Of a stretch of 64,000 nt of DNA, positions 59,112 through 64,000 are shown one piece after another. The DNA is from a virus. Positions within the stretch are counted from its first letter, which is position 1. Every line of letters begins with the position of its first letter. Made by a program: the position numbers and the translations under genes. The stretch spans positions 1 to 64,000 of IMG/VR virus record IMGVR_UViG_3300020183_000020. One strand, 5' to 3'. Below the pieces are notes generated by a model. That model did not search any database and was not told the DNA's origin. It saw only the letters and a list, made by a program, of their open reading frames with translations.

Positions 59112-61028
59112 ATGAAATACGCATACAGAACACCCAAGTTATTTAGCCTACAGCCTCTTCTTAGGCTGTTTAGATCGAAAGGTATTGGATACTCCGTCGA
59201 CAGGTTCAAGGGTGAAAGGGAAGACCGTTTCTTTTCGGTTATTTCAGTTGCCTTAAACGCTGAGGATTGGATAGTTCGCCCGCAGGCTATAGGATTAAAG
59301 AGCGAAGAAGGCTTAGAGTTTATGGATATTAGATTTACTAAGGTGAACTACAAGAAGTTCCACGAGTACATGATGGAGACCAAGGCTGAGTTAGCTCTCC
59401 CCCGTTTGGAAGATAGCTACATGGAACAGCGAGTAGAACTATCCAAAGAAGTCTTGATTGTTGTAGTGCGTGAGGACAGATCAGGATATAGGGGTATTTC
59501 AAATCTAATGGAGGATTGGGGCATCCGCACGGATCGACTTCTAAAAACCAAAGCTCTTTTACTTAAAAAGGCTGAGGGTGAGTCTATTGAACAAGACTTA
59601 AGGGGAGTACCTGCCACGGATATTTCGGGTAATACTTCAGCTAAGGAAGATAAAGCCATCGACCAAAGGTTCATTCAACCGATGCTTGAAAAGCATCGGC
59701 TCTCTGCTGAGATAATGGAAAAGAAGGCAGGTATTTTCAAAACGCACAAATCGAGTTTTGGTCGTCGGATTATTGCCGCCACCCACTCTTATTCCAAAAC
59801 AACGGGGCGACCCCTGTATGTAGAGTTGGACAACATACTTGGAGATACCTCCATAAACTACGCGGGCTCTTTACTAGAGAGATATGCCTGTCAGCACCTA
59901 TCGGAAACTACGCTGCCCGATTTCCTTTTAAAGGCAGAGCTAGAACTGAAAGACGCTATCTATTTACCATCAGGGCGGAAAAGAAATGAGAGTGTCTATG
60001 ACGAGATGGCTAAGAAGATAAAGAAAGATACCGAGGAAAGTCTAAAGGCTTGGCTCGATCTCAATGGTGTACAACTTGGTCTCTCAATGGATACTTTTAT
60101 CGACAGGGGCTTCCGTTCAACTGCAACGGAATATCTCTCAAGATTGAGAGATAAGATATCCGTAGCAATCAAGCCCAAAAGGAAACTCGTAGATGGCATC
60201 CCTGATATGTACGAAACTAAGACTAAATCTGAGTACATATCAGGACTAATGGAGCTAAATGGATTACTTGGTGGACACACAGACATAGAAACAGAAATAG
60301 CAAGGGCGGAGGGACACCCACATTTAGTTTACGCCAGCCATGTACCCAAATCCATATTGGAACTGAACAAGACGGAAATGGTTAAGAGACAGGAAAAAGA
60401 TGAAACCATACTTCTCGACACACTTACTTCCCTTACACCTCAAACAATAGCCCCTCAAACAATAACAAGGGATGGACATAACCTTATCGTGTGTTCGGAG
60501 TATCCGGGTTTTGGAGTTATTTATGATGAGTTAGGTGTTACGCCTGAGAAGGTTCATTTGGAGGGGATTTTTTATGCTCTGAAAATCATGAGCCACTATA
60601 CGGATAAAAGGGTGATACAGCTCAAATATGAGAAGGGAGTTAGGGCAAACTATCTTGTGGCGGGATTGGGGGGGTTAGGTAGAATTGAAATGGATAGAAA
60701 AGATGACCTAAGAGTTGCTATCCATGAGGCGATGCACGCACTTGAATGGCACTCTCCGTCTATATGTTCCCTTGTGACAGCGTTTTGTGCTAGTCGCTTC
60801 AATCCTTTCGAGGAAAAGAACATAGGGAGAGGCGAAAAAGCCTTCTCAGGTCTTTGGGATATTTACGCAGGTAAAATGTATGATGGCGATACAATGAGTG
60901 AGTTTATTACAATGGGGGTTCAGGAGTTCAGAAGTGCAAAAACAATCGTAGGACTCGCTAAGAAAGACTACCCACACTTCCTCTTTACCCACGCTCTAGT
61001 CACAGGGAAGCTGAAGGAATATCTATGA
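59112..61028 (+). CDS. Large protein with C-terminal zincin domain
   Basis: IHEAMHALE..YAGKMY..EFITMG; TA-N5-TCTAT at 59064. Confidence 0.78.
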   Translation: MKYAYRTPKLFSLQPLLRLFRSKGIGYSVDRFKGEREDRFFSVISVALNAEDWIVRPQAIGLKSEEGLEFMDIRFTKVNYKKFHEYMMETKAELALPRLEDSYMEQRVELSKEVLIVVVREDRSGYRGISNLMEDWGIRTDRLLKTKALLLKKAEGESIEQDLRGVPATDISGNTSAKEDKAIDQRFIQPMLEKHRLSAEIMEKKAGIFKTHKSSFGRRIIAATHSYSKTTGRPLYVELDNILGDTSINYAGSLLERYACQHLSETTLPDFLLKAELELKDAIYLPSGRKRNESVYDEMAKKIKKDTEESLKAWLDLNGVQLGLSMDTFIDRGFRSTATEYLSRLRDKISVAIKPKRKLVDGIPDMYETKTKSEYISGLMELNGLLGGHTDIETEIARAEGHPHLVYASHVPKSILELNKTEMVKRQEKDETILLDTLTSLTPQTIAPQTITRDGHNLIVCSEYPGFGVIYDELGVTPEKVHLEGIFYALKIMSHYTDKRVIQLKYEKGVRANYLVAGLGGLGRIEMDRKDDLRVAIHEAMHALEWHSPSICSLVTAFCASRFNPFEEKNIGRGEKAFSGLWDIYAGKMYDGDTMSEFITMGVQEFRSAKTIVGLAKKDYPHFLFTHALVTGKLKEYL

Positions 61029-61333
61029 CCACCACCACTATCCATTTTCGGTACGGAAGTGTGAAAGCCCAAGTCTTAATCTTTTACAGCGATCCGTTTA
61101 TGATTGAGGGTTATGAGTTCTCAGGGGATGGGACAATCATAAACATCTACAAAAGCAAACTAGGGGGAGAACCTTCAGGTTACTTCATCGGTTCTGCCTC
61201 TGTAGATAACATAGAATACTTCATCAATGCGGCATATGATGCCAAAAGAGATTTCGAGCGGCTAGAGTATGCCATAGTCAACCCTCCCAACCTTAGCAGG
61301 AACAACTCAGACAACCCTGATGCCGTCTACTAA
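61025..61333 (+). CDS. Hypothetical protein coupled to the zincin gene
   Basis: ATGA overlap. Confidence 0.7.
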   Translation: MTTTTIHFRYGSVKAQVLIFYSDPFMIEGYEFSGDGTIINIYKSKLGGEPSGYFIGSASVDNIEYFINAAYDAKRDFERLEYAIVNPPNLSRNNSDNPDAVY

Positions 61334-61412
61334 GGATAGCTGATTAATAGTTTGTTTATGGGGGTACTCAAACGGATACTAACCCTCCCGACCCTTTTGA
61401 GGTACACAGAGT

Positions 61413-61799
61413 ATGCCCCTAGTTCATCAGCACATTGTGATTCGTTCCCATGTCATGAAGCCTCCCATGAGCGAGGAACAGACGAAGAATTGGCTCAAAG
61501 AGCTTATTTCCAAGATTGACATGAAGATTCTTAATGGACCTCATGCGACATATTTGGATAAAGAGGGAAATAGGGGCGTAACAGGGGTCTGCATTATTGA
61601 GACTTCTCATATCGCCATCCATGTGTGGGACGAGGAGTCACCGGGGCTGATTCAGCTTGATGTGTACTCATGTAAGGACTTCGATAAGGAAGTGGTATTT
61701 GACCACTTCAAGTGTTTCGAGCCTGTGTCCACCGAGTGGTTCATGCTCGACCGCACGGACAAGCTGTCCATCACGGATGATATTCAGGCAAAGAAATAA
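61413..61799 (+). CDS. speD: S-adenosylmethionine decarboxylase proenzyme
   Basis: GVTG..IETSHIAIHVW..LDVYSCKDFD. Confidence 0.88.
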   Translation: MPLVHQHIVIRSHVMKPPMSEEQTKNWLKELISKIDMKILNGPHATYLDKEGNRGVTGVCIIETSHIAIHVWDEESPGLIQLDVYSCKDFDKEVVFDHFKCFEPVSTEWFMLDRTDKLSITDDIQAKK

Positions 61800-61802
61800 G
61801 AA

Positions 61803-62402
61803 ATGGCAGACGGAGAGTGCATAATAGGGGGTGATGTATCTCTCGTCTTTTGGAAAGATGGCGGATGGTATGCTGATGGGGAGTATCTAACGGACGATAT
61901 AGGGAAGTGCAAAATCCTCCCATCGAGTGAAGACAGGAAGATTGTCTTATCGGTGGGAGAACCTCCCCGCATATTTGTCCCCAAGAAGTTACCTGAGCCT
62001 GAGCCTGTGAGGGCAATTGAGAAATCGTCCGTTCAAGAGGTTCAGCCCATAGCGGAAGTACTTCAGGTGGTAGAGGACACTATTTTAGAGAAAGTTTTGG
62101 ATAAACTAGGCGACAATCCATTAGCTGTTGTTGTCGCGATTGGATTTGTGGTCTTTAAGAAGATGATCGAGGGTAAACAGACCAAATCTGAAAGTGAAAT
62201 GGATAAAAGGTGTAGCGGTCGTCATCAGGGTTCAGATGTTCAGACCAAAGAGCTAGAGAAGCAGGTTGAAGATTTGAAACAGAGATTGGAAGAAGTGAGT
62301 TCTAACTACGAGCTAAGTAAATCTAGCTCTGTGTCCCGCAGGGATTACAACAAGCTACTTGATCGGATGGAAGCACTTGAAAATTTATTGGATAATAAAT
62401 AG
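61803..62402 (+). CDS. Membrane/coiled-coil protein, paralog of 25966-26592
   Basis: GDN-TM-KK..CSGRHQ. Confidence 0.75.
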   Translation: MADGECIIGGDVSLVFWKDGGWYADGEYLTDDIGKCKILPSSEDRKIVLSVGEPPRIFVPKKLPEPEPVRAIEKSSVQEVQPIAEVLQVVEDTILEKVLDKLGDNPLAVVVAIGFVVFKKMIEGKQTKSESEMDKRCSGRHQGSDVQTKELEKQVEDLKQRLEEVSSNYELSKSSSVSRRDYNKLLDRMEALENLLDNK

Positions 62403-62407
62403 TCAGC

Positions 62408-63187
62408 TTATAGCGTATCTGTACTAAGGCTTAGGACTACAAAATCTTCGCTTTTGACCCCTATTTGACACTCGATGAGCCAATCAATAAACATCTTTCC
62501 ATCAACTAGGGCGATGGGTTTATTATCTTTACGGCTGGCTTCTTCAATTGCCTCTTTGGTGAAGCCCGAGGTGCAGATGATCATCCCGCTTTCATGCTTG
62601 AGGCTTCCTCTTAGCTCCCTAACTTCCTTTGATCCGACTTTGTTTTTCCCTGCGTATCTCTTAACCTGTATAGCAACCTCAGTATTGATTAAGCCTATAT
62701 AAATGGCTCTTATGTCTATACCCTTATCTTTAGTGGGTGGTGTGACTCGAACATCACGACAGCCCTTTCGAGACAAGACACCTGCCACAAAATGTTCAAA
62801 CTGAGTCCCATTATACTTACCCAATACATTATCCAAAAGTTGCTTTCTTACCTTGTCGTTGTGGGCTTTGATCTCAGATAAGAAGTTGTCTTGGTGAGGG
62901 TGAGCGGGGGACGGCTTTGGATTGGTCTTGGGAGTCTTGGTGGTGGGGGGGTGGGTAGCCTGAGCGGTTTTTATCCAATAAAGACCTGCCTTATCTAAGG
63001 TGAAGTCGCCATGCCTCTTCATGTGCTTATACAAAGCGGCTTGGATTGTAGCTTTGGGTCTCTTTCCGCCCAAGGGGGGAGACCCCTTCTTTTCTAGAAT
63101 CTTATCCGTGAGGTCATCGAGAGTCAGACCTTGAGATTGTTCTTGGAGAACCTTGATGGCGAGGGAAACATAGGAGTCTTGTTGCAT
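62408..63187 (-). CDS. Mrr-family endonuclease with HARE-HTH-like N-terminus
   Basis: FEHFV..DKGID..IQVKR..TSGFT..LVDG. Confidence 0.88.
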   Translation of the reverse strand: MQQDSYVSLAIKVLQEQSQGLTLDDLTDKILEKKGSPPLGGKRPKATIQAALYKHMKRHGDFTLDKAGLYWIKTAQATHPPTTKTPKTNPKPSPAHPHQDNFLSEIKAHNDKVRKQLLDNVLGKYNGTQFEHFVAGVLSRKGCRDVRVTPPTKDKGIDIRAIYIGLINTEVAIQVKRYAGKNKVGSKEVRELRGSLKHESGMIICTSGFTKEAIEEASRKDNKPIALVDGKMFIDWLIECQIGVKSEDFVVLSLSTDTL

Positions 63188-63237
63188 AATGGAGGTAACT
63201 TCTCTTTTGGATTTTGGGTTCTATCTCTCACTCGCCA

Positions 63238-63267
63238 TACAATAATTGTATAACCCGAATGGGATAC
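63238..63267 (-). promoter_or_regulatory. Class E promoter
   Basis: GTATCCCA-N15-TATTGTA. Confidence 0.7.
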
Positions 63268-63318
63268 TAAATATAAGTGTTTTACTAGGGAAGTGTTCCC
63301 CCGTTGGGGATCGCTCTT

Positions 63319-64000
63319 TCAGTATCCGAAATCGGTGGGGTTTTGGGCGATGACCTTTTCGATCACTTCGATGTGTTTCTTTAGGTGTATGGTGGTGATG
63401 CCTTTAGCCTCAGCCCACTCTTGGTGGGTTTGATAGGTGCCTTCGACCTTATCACGATATATTCCATATCGGATAAGACCTGTCTCCTGACCGAACTTGG
63501 AGGTGAGGAGGTGTTTGACATGATTTGAGATGGAATCAGCTTCAGCTAGCTTTTCAGCTTCGGAGGTGTAGTCGTAAAAGTAGTCTACTTCGGTGTTTTC
63601 GGGGTTATCCTCGTCCACCTTTGTCACCACTTTAGCGGAGTCTTCGGACTGATAGTGATACCGAGAACCACGCTTACACTCTTGTTGAGTCTTACGCCCG
63701 CGTTGGCGTTGCAGGGCATCTTGTCCCTCGACCATACTTGCCCGCCACACGAACTGCTTAAAATGGTAGAAGATTGAGTTTTGTGTGGGTTCTTTGCCTT
63801 TATCCACCATAGCGGAAAGATTGTTCTTGTCGCAGATGAAGACGATAAAATCTTGAAAATAATCTTCCAAGTCGCCTAGAGCAAAGTTTATAGCTGTGTC
63901 CCTGCCCCCATGACGGAGGCAAAACTCTCTCAGCTTTTCGTAGTTGGCGGACTTTCCGTCATACAGCCACTTCTCTGTGGAGTTGTAAGTCCTCCTTGAG
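63319..64000 (-). CDS. Sigma-70-like protein (5'-truncated by window edge)
   Basis: Frame open to the window end; DLEDYFQDF (region-2-like); C-terminal HTH THQEWAEAKGIT. Confidence 0.5.
   Translation of the reverse strand, partial: SRRTYNSTEKWLYDGKSANYEKLREFCLRHGGRDTAINFALGDLEDYFQDFIVFICDKNNLSAMVDKGKEPTQNSIFYHFKQFVWRASMVEGQDALQRQRGRKTQQECKRGSRYHYQSEDSAKVVTKVDEDNPENTEVDYFYDYTSEAEKLAEADSISNHVKHLLTSKFGQETGLIRYGIYRDKVEGTYQTHQEWAEAKGITTIHLKKHIEVIEKVIAQNPTDFGY

Overview
This window is a 64 kb piece of a large lytic tailed-phage genome (jumbo-like, standard genetic code, no rRNA, CRISPR array or integrase seen). Recognisable genes: family-A DNA polymerase, an actin-fold ATPase, head/neck and tail-fibre-like proteins, M15A peptidase, three papain/C39-like peptidases, four HExxH zincin proteins, a class III nucleotide cyclase with a 2-TM partner, SpoU/TrmH methylase, deaminase, NUDIX, SNase, GIY-YIG, Mrr, Dam-like and C5 methyltransferases, SAM decarboxylase, a Hc1 histone-like protein, a partial sigma-like gene and 8 CCA-less tRNAs. 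Four unexplained patterns stand out. (1) A ~20-aa tag (RTASEVLRSLEMRIARLE, usually flanked by [KR]-x-A sites) recurs on ten ORFs with mostly unrelated cargo. It is copied at DNA level together with its RBS region, which suggests a portable cassette for loading cargo into the virion. (2) About 20 late or structural genes share a TA-N5-T(T/C)TAT motif, often followed by a hairpin that hides the RBS. (3) A second promoter, GTATCCCA-N15-TATTAGT, occurs seven times. (4) A ~340-nt multi-pseudoknot RNA lies inside a tRNA operon. Functional calls come from motifs recognised by eye; no searches were run.
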